Shown piece after piece: positions 47,195 through 57,368 of a DNA stretch of 64,000 nucleotides. The position numbers and the translations under genes were made by a program. Within the stretch, counting starts at the first letter, position 1, and every line of letters starts with the position of its first letter. The stretch spans positions 21,741 to 85,740 of the forward strand of contig JAPKEL010000002.1 in the NCBI GenBank assembly GCA_028822065.1, read 5' to 3'. Origin of the DNA: Woeseiaceae bacterium. Its GTDB lineage: Bacteria; Pseudomonadota; Gammaproteobacteria; Steroidobacterales; Woeseiaceae. The notes below the pieces were generated by a model. It saw nothing but the letters and a program-made list of their open reading frames with translations, was not told the origin of the DNA and made no database searches.

Positions 47195-48741
47195 TATTTA
47201 TTCCCCTTCTTTAAAATTACCTGTGCAGCATTTCTCCCTGAGGCCCCGCTAATTCCTCCGCCAGGGTGTGAGCCTGCTCCGCACAAATACAGCCCATCGA
47301 TTGGCATCTGATACTGCGCCGAACCAGCCACAGGCCTAACAAACATAAACTGATCCAGAGTAAACTCACCATGATGCCAATGCCCACCGGTGATATGAAA
47401 CTCATTCTCCAGATCGACGGGCGTCAATAATTCCATAGCATGGATACAGCTTTCAATATCCGGCATATATTGCTTCAACACATTATAAATGGCGTTTTTA
47501 AAATTATTGCGCGCCTCTTCATTCCAGTCCGATTTGTGCTTATAAGGAGCATACTGAACAATTGCTGACATCACATGGCCGCCCGAGGGAGCCAAACTAT
47601 CATCATTAACACTAGGAAACGTAATTTCCATTATAGGTTGTGGAGAACTTTTCCTATATTTTGCTGGGTTAAACGCTTTTTCCACATAACTTTCATCTGG
47701 AGCAATTAGTATACGTTGACCATAATCAGCATCTGAGAAGCCTTTGATTGTGGGTAATTTATTTAGGGCAATATGCAGTTTTGCGGCATTTCCCTTCATG
47801 CGGATATTATCAACTCTGTGCGTGAATCGTGTCTCCACGTTGCGAGCTCCCACTAGTTCTAACATTGTTTTTTTAGGATCTGCATTTGAAACTACGATCT
47901 CACTGTTATAAACAGTACCATCGTTTAATTCAACACCTGTAGCGGCGCCTTTGGCTAATAATACTTTTTTTACTTGAGCATTTGTTTTAATTTCTACACC
48001 AGCAGCTTCTGCACAATCACTTAGAGCTTTTGAGACACTTCCCATTCCACCTTCGGGGAGAGAGATTTCTCCATGCTTACCAGCCATTCTATACAAATAG
48101 GTTAAAATGGTATTAGGTGATCGAGGTCCGAGATGTGTACCCAATACTGAATCTAAACTGAGACCACCTTTTAATAAAGGATTCTCGAAACGCTCATCCA
48201 ATTCATCATAGATATTCATACCTATTAGTCTTAAGAATTCACGCATTTCAACCTGACCCATTCTTCGAAGATCAAAACCAAGCATGGCAAGAGTGAATAA
48301 ATCTTTTTTATTTTTTGTGCCTAATCTTGGCGGGGCTTTATTCAGGTAGGGTTTTAATAAATCTGCAAACTTAGTCATTCGTTTAGTGAATTCTTCGAAG
48401 TTTTTTTGATCACTGTCATTGACACCCGTAACCTTACTTCCACAATAACTAACATGCTCACTGCCTTTTGATAAAACAATAGTCGACATATTTTTGCTTG
48501 CAAGCTTGAGATTTAAATTCAAATCTTTTTCAACTTGAGGTTGCAATTGATAAAGCAAATGGGCACAAGCCGATGCAGAATAACCTTCAGCAAATTCTCT
48601 AGTAATAGCTGCTCCACCAACTTGGTTATTTGCCTCCAAAACCAAGACTTTTTTCCCTGCTTTTGCCAGTAAAGCAGAACACACAAGACCATTGTGTCCT
48701 GCACCTATAACTATCGCATCGTATTTATCAATCATCGCCAA
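47194..48741 (-). CDS. CrtI/phytoene-desaturase-family FAD-dependent oxidoreductase (paralogue B)
   Basis: 515 aa. N-terminal YDAIVIGAGHNGLVCS dinucleotide fold. C-terminal GLYLCGAGSHPGGGISGASGRNAA. It overlaps paralogue A by 14 nt, or by 8 nt if the start is the ATG at 48735. Confidence 0.85.
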   Translation of the reverse strand: MAMIDKYDAIVIGAGHNGLVCSALLAKAGKKVLVLEANNQVGGAAITREFAEGYSASACAHLLYQLQPQVEKDLNLNLKLASKNMSTIVLSKGSEHVSYCGSKVTGVNDSDQKNFEEFTKRMTKFADLLKPYLNKAPPRLGTKNKKDLFTLAMLGFDLRRMGQVEMREFLRLIGMNIYDELDERFENPLLKGGLSLDSVLGTHLGPRSPNTILTYLYRMAGKHGEISLPEGGMGSVSKALSDCAEAAGVEIKTNAQVKKVLLAKGAATGVELNDGTVYNSEIVVSNADPKKTMLELVGARNVETRFTHRVDNIRMKGNAAKLHIALNKLPTIKGFSDADYGQRILIAPDESYVEKAFNPAKYRKSSPQPIMEITFPSVNDDSLAPSGGHVMSAIVQYAPYKHKSDWNEEARNNFKNAIYNVLKQYMPDIESCIHAMELLTPVDLENEFHITGGHWHHGEFTLDQFMFVRPVAGSAQYQMPIDGLYLCGAGSHPGGGISGASGRNAAQVILKKGNK

Positions 48742-50347
48742 AATTCTCAGGTACGGTATTTTTTAATTTTAAATCATAAAGTATTTCACGGGCCGCATTA
48801 GCTCCCGGTGCAGCCATAACTCCTCCACCAGGATGAGTACTAGAACCACACATATAAAGTCCATTAACAGGTGCACGATATTGAGCATACCCAGGTACAG
48901 GACGGTTAAATAAAAGCTGATCCATTGTTAATTCACCATGGAAAATATTTCCTTCTGTAATCCCTATTTGATCTTCAATATCTTGAGGAGTTCGTGTTTC
49001 AACATGTAGAATCAAATCTTTAAAATCAGGGCTATAATTTGATATCTGATCAATAACACTTTTAGTAAATCCATCTCTTTCTTCAGAAGTCCAAGCCCTA
49101 CCTTCAATTTGTGCTGGGCAGTACTGAACGAAACAACTCATAAAGTGTTTGCCTGGCGGTGTCATGGTTGGATCAACAGCACTGGGAATGGTGCAATCAA
49201 TATAAGGATCTTTTGACCATGTGCCATCTTTCCAGTCATCATATGCGAGCTCCATACGCTCCATCGAATCAATGAAATGCATATCTGCATTTCCAATTAA
49301 CTCACTACCTTTAGGTAAGGCAGGAAAAGTTGGCATGCCATCTAACGCAATATTTAACTTGCCCGAGGATCCCCTAATTTTAAAATTCTTAACTCGCTTA
49401 TAGAAATTCTCTGGGAGATCTTTTTCATCCATACAATTTAAAAATGTACGTTTTACGTCCATATTAGAAACGACTACAGGGGCATAAATTTCTTCACCAT
49501 TTTCAAGGGCAACACCTTTAACACGGTTATGTTTAACAATAATCTGATCCACACCGGCCTCTGACCTTACCTCTCCACCATAAGCCTGAACTGCTCCAGC
49601 GAGAGAATCAGAAACAGCACCCATACCTCCACGAGCAAATCCCCAGGTACCGACATTACCATCAACATCACCCATATAATGATGCAATAAAACGTACGCA
49701 GTTCCGGGCGAATGAATACCTAATGCAGTACCAATGATACCGCTGCCTGAGAAGGCAGTCTTGACCACATCTTTTTCAAAATATTCATCCAAATAATCCG
49801 CTACACTCATCGTCCAAAAACGAAGAGTCTCATATAAACGATCCTCACCTAACTCCAGAAATTTATTTCCTAGTAAAATTAATTCCTTAATATCTTTAGG
49901 CTTAAAAGAAGTTGGATCTGGTGCTGTTCTTAGTAAAAAATCTCGAATTAAACGACATTGGCGCATCGTATCCGTTGAATATCTTGTATATGCATCCGCA
50001 TCATGTTTTGAATGGCGAGCTATTTCACGATGCGCAGCTTCAGGGTCATGATATGACGCAAAATAATCACCATTTTCCATAAATTGAACCGAGCCACCAT
50101 AAGGGGTTACTTGAAGTCCATGCTTATGTAACTCAAGGTCTCTGTATATCTCTGGTCTAAGTAGGCTGCACACATAAGAACAATTTGAATACTTCCAATC
50201 CTTATATAACTCGCGACTTACCGCTGCGCCACCGATGTAATCATTTTTTTCTAAACAGACAACATTCAACCCTGCTTTAGCCAAAAATGCCGCATTTGCA
50301 AGGCCATTATGACCCGCACCAATTACTATTGCATCGTACTTTTTCAT
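48728..50347 (-). CDS. CrtI/phytoene-desaturase-family FAD-dependent oxidoreductase (paralogue A)
   Basis: 539 aa. YDAIVIGAGHNGLANA at the N-terminus and GLYMCGSSTHPGGGVMAAPGANAA at the C-terminus. Confidence 0.85.
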   Translation of the reverse strand: MKKYDAIVIGAGHNGLANAAFLAKAGLNVVCLEKNDYIGGAAVSRELYKDWKYSNCSYVCSLLRPEIYRDLELHKHGLQVTPYGGSVQFMENGDYFASYHDPEAAHREIARHSKHDADAYTRYSTDTMRQCRLIRDFLLRTAPDPTSFKPKDIKELILLGNKFLELGEDRLYETLRFWTMSVADYLDEYFEKDVVKTAFSGSGIIGTALGIHSPGTAYVLLHHYMGDVDGNVGTWGFARGGMGAVSDSLAGAVQAYGGEVRSEAGVDQIIVKHNRVKGVALENGEEIYAPVVVSNMDVKRTFLNCMDEKDLPENFYKRVKNFKIRGSSGKLNIALDGMPTFPALPKGSELIGNADMHFIDSMERMELAYDDWKDGTWSKDPYIDCTIPSAVDPTMTPPGKHFMSCFVQYCPAQIEGRAWTSEERDGFTKSVIDQISNYSPDFKDLILHVETRTPQDIEDQIGITEGNIFHGELTMDQLLFNRPVPGYAQYRAPVNGLYMCGSSTHPGGGVMAAPGANAAREILYDLKLKNTVPENFGDD

Positions 50348-50368
50348 ATATTCATATCACTCTATGAT

Positions 50369-51682
50369 TCATACTCTTATTTTGTTACTTGTAATGTCTA
50401 CTGCTTCTTCAAATTTGTCCAGAGTTTCTTGTAAGCATTTCATATCATGAGATTCAGAGAGAAACCATGGCTCCCTCGAATCAGGCTCAACCAAAATCCC
50501 AAGATCATGTAGGTTTGGTGCTAATGCATCATAAAAATCGTAATTTGAGTTTAGCCAGCCCCGATAATCATTAGGCACCTCGTCTGCAAAGAATAACCCC
50601 ATCATTGAAGGGTGACCAGAATAATTATGAGAAATATCTCTTTCTGTTAAAATCTTACTCATTCCTTGTTGTAATTTTAAACCGTAATTTTCTATATCCT
50701 TTAACGCATTAGTTTCATCTAGTATTTCGAGTGTCTTGGCGGCTGCAGAAAGTGAAACAGAATGACCGGTAAAAGTCCCTCCATGCACCACTCCATCTCC
50801 GCTTACGCAGCGCATAATATCTTCACGACCAGCGATTGCTGAAATTGGATAACCATTACCCATAGCTTTAGCAAAAGTACAAAGATCTGCTGTTACTCCA
50901 TAAAGTTCCTGCGCGCCACCTTTGGCGACTCTAAATCCCGTTTTTACTTCGTCGATAATTAATAAAATGTCATATTTAGTACATAAGGAACGGATATCTG
51001 TCATGTATTGCTGGTTAGCACTTATACTGCAACAATTTCCCATTATTGGCTCAACTAGAAATGCGCCAATATCATCACCGGATTTTTTAAATAGCTCTTC
51101 TATAGCATTAGCATCATTTATTGGGGCGGTATAATTGAGTTTTTTTGTTATTTTTGGAATTCCATCTCCATATGGCAATAGCTCTGGATCACCATTACTT
51201 GGATCCCAATCTTCAATTTCCGAATACCACATAACCTCACTAAAAACTCCATGGTAACCGCCCTCTAAAATGACATGGCCATCTTTTCCGGTGAAGGCTC
51301 TAGCAATGCGTAATGCCGCCATAACTGCTTCAGTTCCAGAATTTGAAAAACGGACTAATTCGGCCGCTTTAACCATGCCACTTATTCGTGCTGCGATTTC
51401 GTATTCTAGTTCCGTGGCTAATGCAAATACGCCTCCAATATTCATACCATCTTTAGCTGCTTGATCGACTCTTTGATCGGCATACCCTAAAATAATTGGG
51501 CCATAGGCCAGACGATAATCAATGTATTCATTATCGTCCAAATCCCATAACCGTGCGCCTTTACCACGTTTTATATATAAGGTTTTATCTTCACCCCAAT
51601 AGCGGAAGTTAGATGAAACACCCAAGGGTAGTTTTGTAATTGCTTTTTCAAACTGAGCATTGGAATTATTCAATTTACGCAT
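50369..51682 (-). CDS. Class III PLP aminotransferase (glutamate-1-semialdehyde aminomutase-like)
   Basis: 437 aa. NSGTEAVMAALRIARAFTG and the LIIDEVKTGFRV PLP-lysine region. Confidence 0.85.
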   Translation of the reverse strand: MRKLNNSNAQFEKAITKLPLGVSSNFRYWGEDKTLYIKRGKGARLWDLDDNEYIDYRLAYGPIILGYADQRVDQAAKDGMNIGGVFALATELEYEIAARISGMVKAAELVRFSNSGTEAVMAALRIARAFTGKDGHVILEGGYHGVFSEVMWYSEIEDWDPSNGDPELLPYGDGIPKITKKLNYTAPINDANAIEELFKKSGDDIGAFLVEPIMGNCCSISANQQYMTDIRSLCTKYDILLIIDEVKTGFRVAKGGAQELYGVTADLCTFAKAMGNGYPISAIAGREDIMRCVSGDGVVHGGTFTGHSVSLSAAAKTLEILDETNALKDIENYGLKLQQGMSKILTERDISHNYSGHPSMMGLFFADEVPNDYRGWLNSNYDFYDALAPNLHDLGILVEPDSREPWFLSESHDMKCLQETLDKFEEAVDITSNKIRV

Positions 51683-51690
51683 ATAATTTT

Positions 51691-52851
51691 TTACATTCCA
51701 TCTAAGCCACGTTTTTTTAGTGAGCGTGCAATAATTAATTTTTGAATTTCACTGGTTCCTTCCCAAATACGATCGCAACGCAATTCACGGAAGAATCGTT
51801 CAGCAACATTTTCACGCATATAACCACGGCCGCCAAATATCTGTACAGCTCTATCTGCGATACGATTTGCGGCTTCAGAGACAAATAACTTAACCATTGA
51901 ACAACGGTTATGTAAAATTTTTACATCCATGCCATCGTCATCCGCTGCCGCGGCTTCGAATGTCATTAATCGTGCCGCCCAAAGCTCTGTAGCGCTGTCT
52001 GCCAACATAAACTGTATCGCTTGTTTCTCGCTTAAAGGCGCGCCATCAACAATCCTATCATCAGCAAATTGTTTTGCCTCTTCTATTAGTCTCGCTGCTG
52101 CACCGCAGCTCCTGGCTCCAATCATAAGTCGCTCATGCCTGAACCAACTGTGTGTATAAGACATTCCATCACCGACTTTTCCAACTCGTTGTTGCTCACT
52201 CACCTGAACATCATTAAATTGATATGTTGGATGATGAGCCGCATAAGTATGACTAAAAAGCGGTGAGGCAATCATCTCTATACCTGCAGTATTCTTATCT
52301 ACCAAGAATAATGCGTCTTCATCTTCATCTGGCAAATAAGCCTGAAACCAAAAAAAATCGGCCAGATTAGCACTGGTTACAAACCACTTTTCACCGTTCA
52401 ATACATAACCATTATTGTTTTTTATCGCTGTAGCCTCGAGATTTGCTACATCAGAACCAGAGCCAGATTCAGTAATAGCATAACAATCTTTTCTTAAACC
52501 TTGCACCATAGGTAAAATATATTCTTCAATTTGCTGCTCAGAACAAGCCGCAAACATCCAAGATTGCGCTTCAGGAAAACACCAAGATAAAGCATTCGTC
52601 ACTCTTCCTAATTGCTCCCAAATGGCAACTTGTTCAACCATAGAAAGCTCCAAACCACCATATTTTTTAGGTACATCAATAGCAGTAAAACCAAGCTCAA
52701 CAGCACGTTTTTTATTACGTTGTGTGATCTCCTGTGGGAGCTCACCATTATTTAATTCGGCTTCAACCTCGTGAGGTTGGAGAAAGTTATCCGCGTAATC
52801 TCGAGCAGTTTTTTGCCACTTTATTGTATTTTTATCTAATGTGACTTCCAT
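51691..52851 (-). CDS. Acyl-CoA dehydrogenase
   Basis: 386 aa. ITESGSGSDVANL, and QIFGGRGYMRENVAERFFRELRCDRIWEGTSEIQ (catalytic Glu region). Confidence 0.88.
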   Translation of the reverse strand: MEVTLDKNTIKWQKTARDYADNFLQPHEVEAELNNGELPQEITQRNKKRAVELGFTAIDVPKKYGGLELSMVEQVAIWEQLGRVTNALSWCFPEAQSWMFAACSEQQIEEYILPMVQGLRKDCYAITESGSGSDVANLEATAIKNNNGYVLNGEKWFVTSANLADFFWFQAYLPDEDEDALFLVDKNTAGIEMIASPLFSHTYAAHHPTYQFNDVQVSEQQRVGKVGDGMSYTHSWFRHERLMIGARSCGAAARLIEEAKQFADDRIVDGAPLSEKQAIQFMLADSATELWAARLMTFEAAAADDDGMDVKILHNRCSMVKLFVSEAANRIADRAVQIFGGRGYMRENVAERFFRELRCDRIWEGTSEIQKLIIARSLKKRGLDGM

Positions 52852-52854
52852 GTT

Positions 52855-54069
52855 TTATGCCGATATTTTCTCGGTCAACTCTTTCAATATCCATTGAATA
52901 TAGACGCTCTCAGCATCTTCCATGCCAGAAAAAGGACCCGGTCTATAATATCTTGATGCAACACCCTTGCGGTTATTTTCAATTATCATTTTATCGGCCT
53001 CTGTTGTAATGTCCCACAACCACATCAGCTGTTCTTTATCATAGTCCTTACCATCTTCTGCATCATTTCTTACGAGCCAATAGATTTCACATTCACTCTT
53101 ATCTATATCCACTGGTGTAAATACATAAGCAACAACATGATCACTATAAGCAAGGAGAAAAGTAAAAGGGCCAAGAGCAAAATCAGACGCTCCGCCATCA
53201 TAATCTTTAAGCTTTCCTAATAAAGGCGCAATTGGCTTTCCATTCTTACTGCCCGTTTTGTAACCTTCAAATAGAGCAGTCCTACTATAGCCATAACCCT
53301 GCTCCCCTTCAGGTGCTTTAATATCAATATAATCAATTTCAATATCTTTTAATCCACAATGTCCCATTTTTTCAATCATGTGGCCTTGAACTCGGTCCCG
53401 CTTGGTATCATCAAGCGTCAGTGTATGCATCTTAGCGTAATCTGGGTGAGCGTTAGCACAGTGATAACATTCCTGATAATTTTCAATCGATAATTTCCAA
53501 TTAGCATCAATAGGGTAAGTTTTTTGGGCCGCTACTTTAAGATTTTCAAAATCAAACATCGCCATCGGTTCTTTCAAGTCCCTCTTTGCACCAGCTAATG
53601 AAGGTGGCGAATCAGAGAAACAAACAAAAATCATTCCATGCAAAACATCAATAGAAAGTTGATGAAGGCTATAATCAGCTTTATCGAAATCACTGGGCAT
53701 ATTTCGAGCCGCAATTAATTTTCCATCTATATTGTAAACCCAACCATGGTATGGGCATTTAAATTTACGTGTTGAACCTTGCTTTTCCAAACAAACTAAA
53801 GAACCGCGATGCCGGCAAACGTTTGCAAATGCATTTAAAGTACCTTCTTTTGAGCGAATGATAATTGCTGATTCATTCGCAACATTCAAAACCTTAAAAT
53901 CACCAGATTCTGGAATTTGGGACTCATGACCAGCAAATATCCAGTTTTGTGTAATCAGATGGTCTAATTCCAATTGATAAATTTCCGGATCGGTATAAAA
54001 CCTCTGGTCAAGTGACCAGCCAGGTTTTTGGGATGCAATTAAATCTTTAATATCGAGTTTCTGATTCAT
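52855..54069 (-). CDS. Rieske [2Fe-2S] non-haem-iron oxygenase, alpha subunit (GbcA/Stc2-like subtype suspected)
   Basis: 404 aa. Rieske motif CRHRGSLVC...CPYHGWVY. Mononuclear iron region ENYQECYHCANAHPD. No partner reductase or beta subunit lies adjacent. Confidence 0.85.
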   Translation of the reverse strand: MNQKLDIKDLIASQKPGWSLDQRFYTDPEIYQLELDHLITQNWIFAGHESQIPESGDFKVLNVANESAIIIRSKEGTLNAFANVCRHRGSLVCLEKQGSTRKFKCPYHGWVYNIDGKLIAARNMPSDFDKADYSLHQLSIDVLHGMIFVCFSDSPPSLAGAKRDLKEPMAMFDFENLKVAAQKTYPIDANWKLSIENYQECYHCANAHPDYAKMHTLTLDDTKRDRVQGHMIEKMGHCGLKDIEIDYIDIKAPEGEQGYGYSRTALFEGYKTGSKNGKPIAPLLGKLKDYDGGASDFALGPFTFLLAYSDHVVAYVFTPVDIDKSECEIYWLVRNDAEDGKDYDKEQLMWLWDITTEADKMIIENNRKGVASRYYRPGPFSGMEDAESVYIQWILKELTEKISA

Positions 54070-54272
54070 AATTTGCCGATCACATTTGTACCTAGTTCAT
54101 GGAGTTTGAATACCTTGATAGTTTACCCTTTCCTCGATACATAAGGTTAGAAAAAATTTCGTATTATGAAATAATTCTTTGCTTTTAATTGTACATACTC
54201 TTCCACCGTCAGAATATTATGCTAAGTTAGTAAAATTTATAAGTTGATCAATAGTAAATCGCGGAGCGATAG

Positions 54273-55859
54273 ATGAAAAAAATTATAATTATGTGTTTAT
54301 TGATCATGCCCATTATTGGTTGCGAACAGGATCCAAGTGTTTTTGTTAATAATCAAACTTTAATTGGAAAATTTCACGCTGATACAAATATTTCAGCTTT
54401 CCTTGGCATTCCATTTGCTGAGCCGCCATTAGATGATTTGAGATGGCATAAACCCATACCTTTTGAACCGAGAAATTCAATACGTAAAACACAACAATTT
54501 GCCCCAGCTTGCATGCAAAAAATGGGTATTCTTGAGTGGTATCGAGATTTGGCTGAAATATTTGTTAATAACAGAAATGTTGTTCCCGATCTCTCAATTA
54601 ATGAAGATTGCTTATACTTAAATATTTGGACACCCGCTTTAAATAATACAGCCAATTTACCTGTAATGGTTTATATTCATGGAGGGAGTAATGATAGTGG
54701 TTGGGCTTTTGAGCCAAATTATCATGGCCATGCTCTGGCACAAAAAGATGTGGTTGTGGTTAGTATTGCCTATCGTTTAGGTGGCTTTGGTTTTCTCTCG
54801 CACCCAGACATAGAAAATTCAGACGCATTAGCAAATTTCGGTTTATGGGATCAGGTAGCTGGGCTTCAATGGATCAAAAAGAATATTAATCAATTTGGTG
54901 GAAATCCCAATATGGTTACTGCTTTTGGCGAATCAGCTGGAGCTCAAGATATTTTGGCATTGATGTTTGCAGCTCCTGCAAAAGGACTGTTTCATCAAGC
55001 TATCCTCCAAAGCAATGCTGGCTTTGGTTTGCCTGAAGAAACGGATGGCACAGGGCATGTTAAATCCAGTATCGACAATGAGCAGGCACGCGGTATAGCG
55101 CTTGCAAAAGCTCTCAGTGAGAATGATGCGCCATTACCTCTTGATGCACTGAGAAAGGTGCCAGCGACTAAGATTTTAGATACCTATCAAAAGACTTTTC
55201 CAAATTACTATCACTCACCAGCGGTAGATGGACAACTGATCAACACATCAACGTGGGTAGATATACAAAAAACTAACTTAGCTAGTATGAAGGTTATTAT
55301 CGGCTCTAATGCTGATGAATATTATGCGAATACCCCAGAAGACGTTAGTAAAGAGATGATACAAGATACAGCTAAAATATTATATAAATCAGATAGCGCT
55401 AGTGCTCTAGAAGCAGTTATCGATGAATCAGATACAAGGAATGCACTTGACCGATTGTATTCAGCTGAGGGCATGCTCTGTCCATCACAAACCTTAGCTG
55501 AGAGAATAACTGAAGACCAAGGCAAAAGCTGGGTGTATTATTTTAATCGGGTTCGAGATGGGAAGGCGGCTATGCATCCTATGATTAGGGCTTATCATGG
55601 TGCAGAATTACCTTATGTCTTCAATACTCATGATAGCTGGATGAATACGAGTGCCCTGGATATTGAAATAACAAATATATTGACCGACTATTGGACAAAT
55701 TTCGCAAAAACTGGTGATCCAAATGCTCAAGGCATACCCAATTGGTCAATGTTTGATAAAAATGAAAAACTTGTACAAAGTTTCGGTAATACGATCCAAA
55801 CAATTCCTTCGACTGAGCCTATACTATGTAAATTATTTTCAAATAGAGTTAGTCAATAA
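54273..55859 (+). CDS. Type B carboxylesterase/lipase, lipoprotein
   Basis: 528 aa. Lipobox PIIGC. EDCLYLNIW, HGG and the active-site FGESAGA motif. Confidence 0.88.
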   Translation: MKKIIIMCLLIMPIIGCEQDPSVFVNNQTLIGKFHADTNISAFLGIPFAEPPLDDLRWHKPIPFEPRNSIRKTQQFAPACMQKMGILEWYRDLAEIFVNNRNVVPDLSINEDCLYLNIWTPALNNTANLPVMVYIHGGSNDSGWAFEPNYHGHALAQKDVVVVSIAYRLGGFGFLSHPDIENSDALANFGLWDQVAGLQWIKKNINQFGGNPNMVTAFGESAGAQDILALMFAAPAKGLFHQAILQSNAGFGLPEETDGTGHVKSSIDNEQARGIALAKALSENDAPLPLDALRKVPATKILDTYQKTFPNYYHSPAVDGQLINTSTWVDIQKTNLASMKVIIGSNADEYYANTPEDVSKEMIQDTAKILYKSDSASALEAVIDESDTRNALDRLYSAEGMLCPSQTLAERITEDQGKSWVYYFNRVRDGKAAMHPMIRAYHGAELPYVFNTHDSWMNTSALDIEITNILTDYWTNFAKTGDPNAQGIPNWSMFDKNEKLVQSFGNTIQTIPSTEPILCKLFSNRVSQ

Positions 55860-55898
55860 ATGATGAATAGAAATTAATTTATTTCGCAACAAAATATT

Positions 55899-57368
55899 AT
55901 GTATCTCGGTATAGATCTTGGCACATCCTCAGTAAAAGTCATCGTAATTGATGACAATGGGATAATCACAGCACAATCAAGTCGAGTCTTATCCATTTCT
56001 CACCCACATCCATTATGGAGTGAGCAAAACCCCAATGATTGGTTAAATATAGCCGAAAAAGCCATAACAGATTTACCCAAAAAAATTCGTTCCAAAATTC
56101 AAGGAATAGGACTCTCTGGTCAAATGCATGGAGCTGTGTTAATTGATAAAAAAAATCAACCATTAAGACCGGCCATACTCTGGAATGACGGCAGATCTTT
56201 CAAAGAATGTCATGATCTTGAAAGAAATAACCCTAATCTCGGTTCAATTATTGGAAACCAAATCATGCCAGGCTTTACTTCGCCAAAATTAGCATGGATA
56301 AAAGAGCACGAACCAAAAATTTTCTCATTAATTCATAAAATACTGTTACCAAAAGACTTCTTGAGATTGGCGTGGTGTGGAGAATATGCAACTGATACAT
56401 CGGATGCGTCAGGAACGTTATGGCTTGATATAAAAAAACGATCTTGGAGTGAAGCTGCCGTAAATGCTTCTGATCTTTCTATTCAACAACTGCCAAATGT
56501 TTTTGAAGGAAATGAAATTACTGGCAAGATCTCTGATTCTGTTGCTCAACGATTAGGAATCCCTCGGGTTCCTGTAGTTGCAGGTGCTGGTGATCAAGCT
56601 GCGGGTGCAATTGGTGCCTCTGTAATAAACCCGAATGATGCTTCTTTGTCTCTAGGGACATCTGGAGTCCTTTTTATTACTACTAACGGTTTTTTGCCAA
56701 ATATCAAACAAGGAATTCATGCATTTTGTCATGCTATACCCGAGAGATGGCATCAAATGGCCGTAATATTATCAGCCACTTATGCTATTGATTGGTGTTC
56801 AAATCTTACAGGTTTTAAATCTTCAAAAGATGCTTATCATGCAGCTGAAAAAAAAGGGACTTCTGAGAATGTCATGTTTTTACCTTATTTAACTGGGGAA
56901 CGAACCCCTCATAATAATCCTCATGCACAAGCCGTTTTATTTGGTCTTCAAGCGAGTACTGATAAAGCAACAATCATTCATGCAGCATTGGAAGGTGTGG
57001 CATTTGCTTTGGCTGATGGATATTCGGCTTTAAAAACGGCCGGAGGTCATTGTGACTCTATTTCTGTCATCGGTGGCGGATCTCAGTCTTTGTATTGGGG
57101 AAAAATTATTGCAAACTGTCTTAATAAAACATTAATTTATAGAAACGATGCAGAAACAGGACCAGCAAAAGGAGCGGCATTTCTAGCTCTGCATGGTATA
57201 ACGGGTAATGATATAAAAACTATATGCAAACCATCTCCCATTAAAGAAACAATTGAGGCTGAAAAAAATTATACTGAATTTTATGCTCAAAAATTTCAAA
57301 CATGGCAATCTCTCTATCAAGAAACCAAACAATTCAATCAAATAAATAACGATCCTTATGTCACATAA
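55899..57368 (+). CDS. xylB: Xylulokinase
   Basis: 489 aa. FGGY kinase N-terminus MYLGIDLGTSSVKV, plus GAGDQAAGAIG and GGGSQS. Confidence 0.9.
   Translation: MYLGIDLGTSSVKVIVIDDNGIITAQSSRVLSISHPHPLWSEQNPNDWLNIAEKAITDLPKKIRSKIQGIGLSGQMHGAVLIDKKNQPLRPAILWNDGRSFKECHDLERNNPNLGSIIGNQIMPGFTSPKLAWIKEHEPKIFSLIHKILLPKDFLRLAWCGEYATDTSDASGTLWLDIKKRSWSEAAVNASDLSIQQLPNVFEGNEITGKISDSVAQRLGIPRVPVVAGAGDQAAGAIGASVINPNDASLSLGTSGVLFITTNGFLPNIKQGIHAFCHAIPERWHQMAVILSATYAIDWCSNLTGFKSSKDAYHAAEKKGTSENVMFLPYLTGERTPHNNPHAQAVLFGLQASTDKATIIHAALEGVAFALADGYSALKTAGGHCDSISVIGGGSQSLYWGKIIANCLNKTLIYRNDAETGPAKGAAFLALHGITGNDIKTICKPSPIKETIEAEKNYTEFYAQKFQTWQSLYQETKQFNQINNDPYVT

Noticed and set aside
54157-54171. An imperfect palindrome, TTTCGTATTATGAAA, upstream of the Rieske-led cluster, considered as a possible operator.
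   Set aside because: Only 12 of 15 positions are symmetric, and the spacer is extremely AT-rich. It cannot be distinguished from chance without comparative data.
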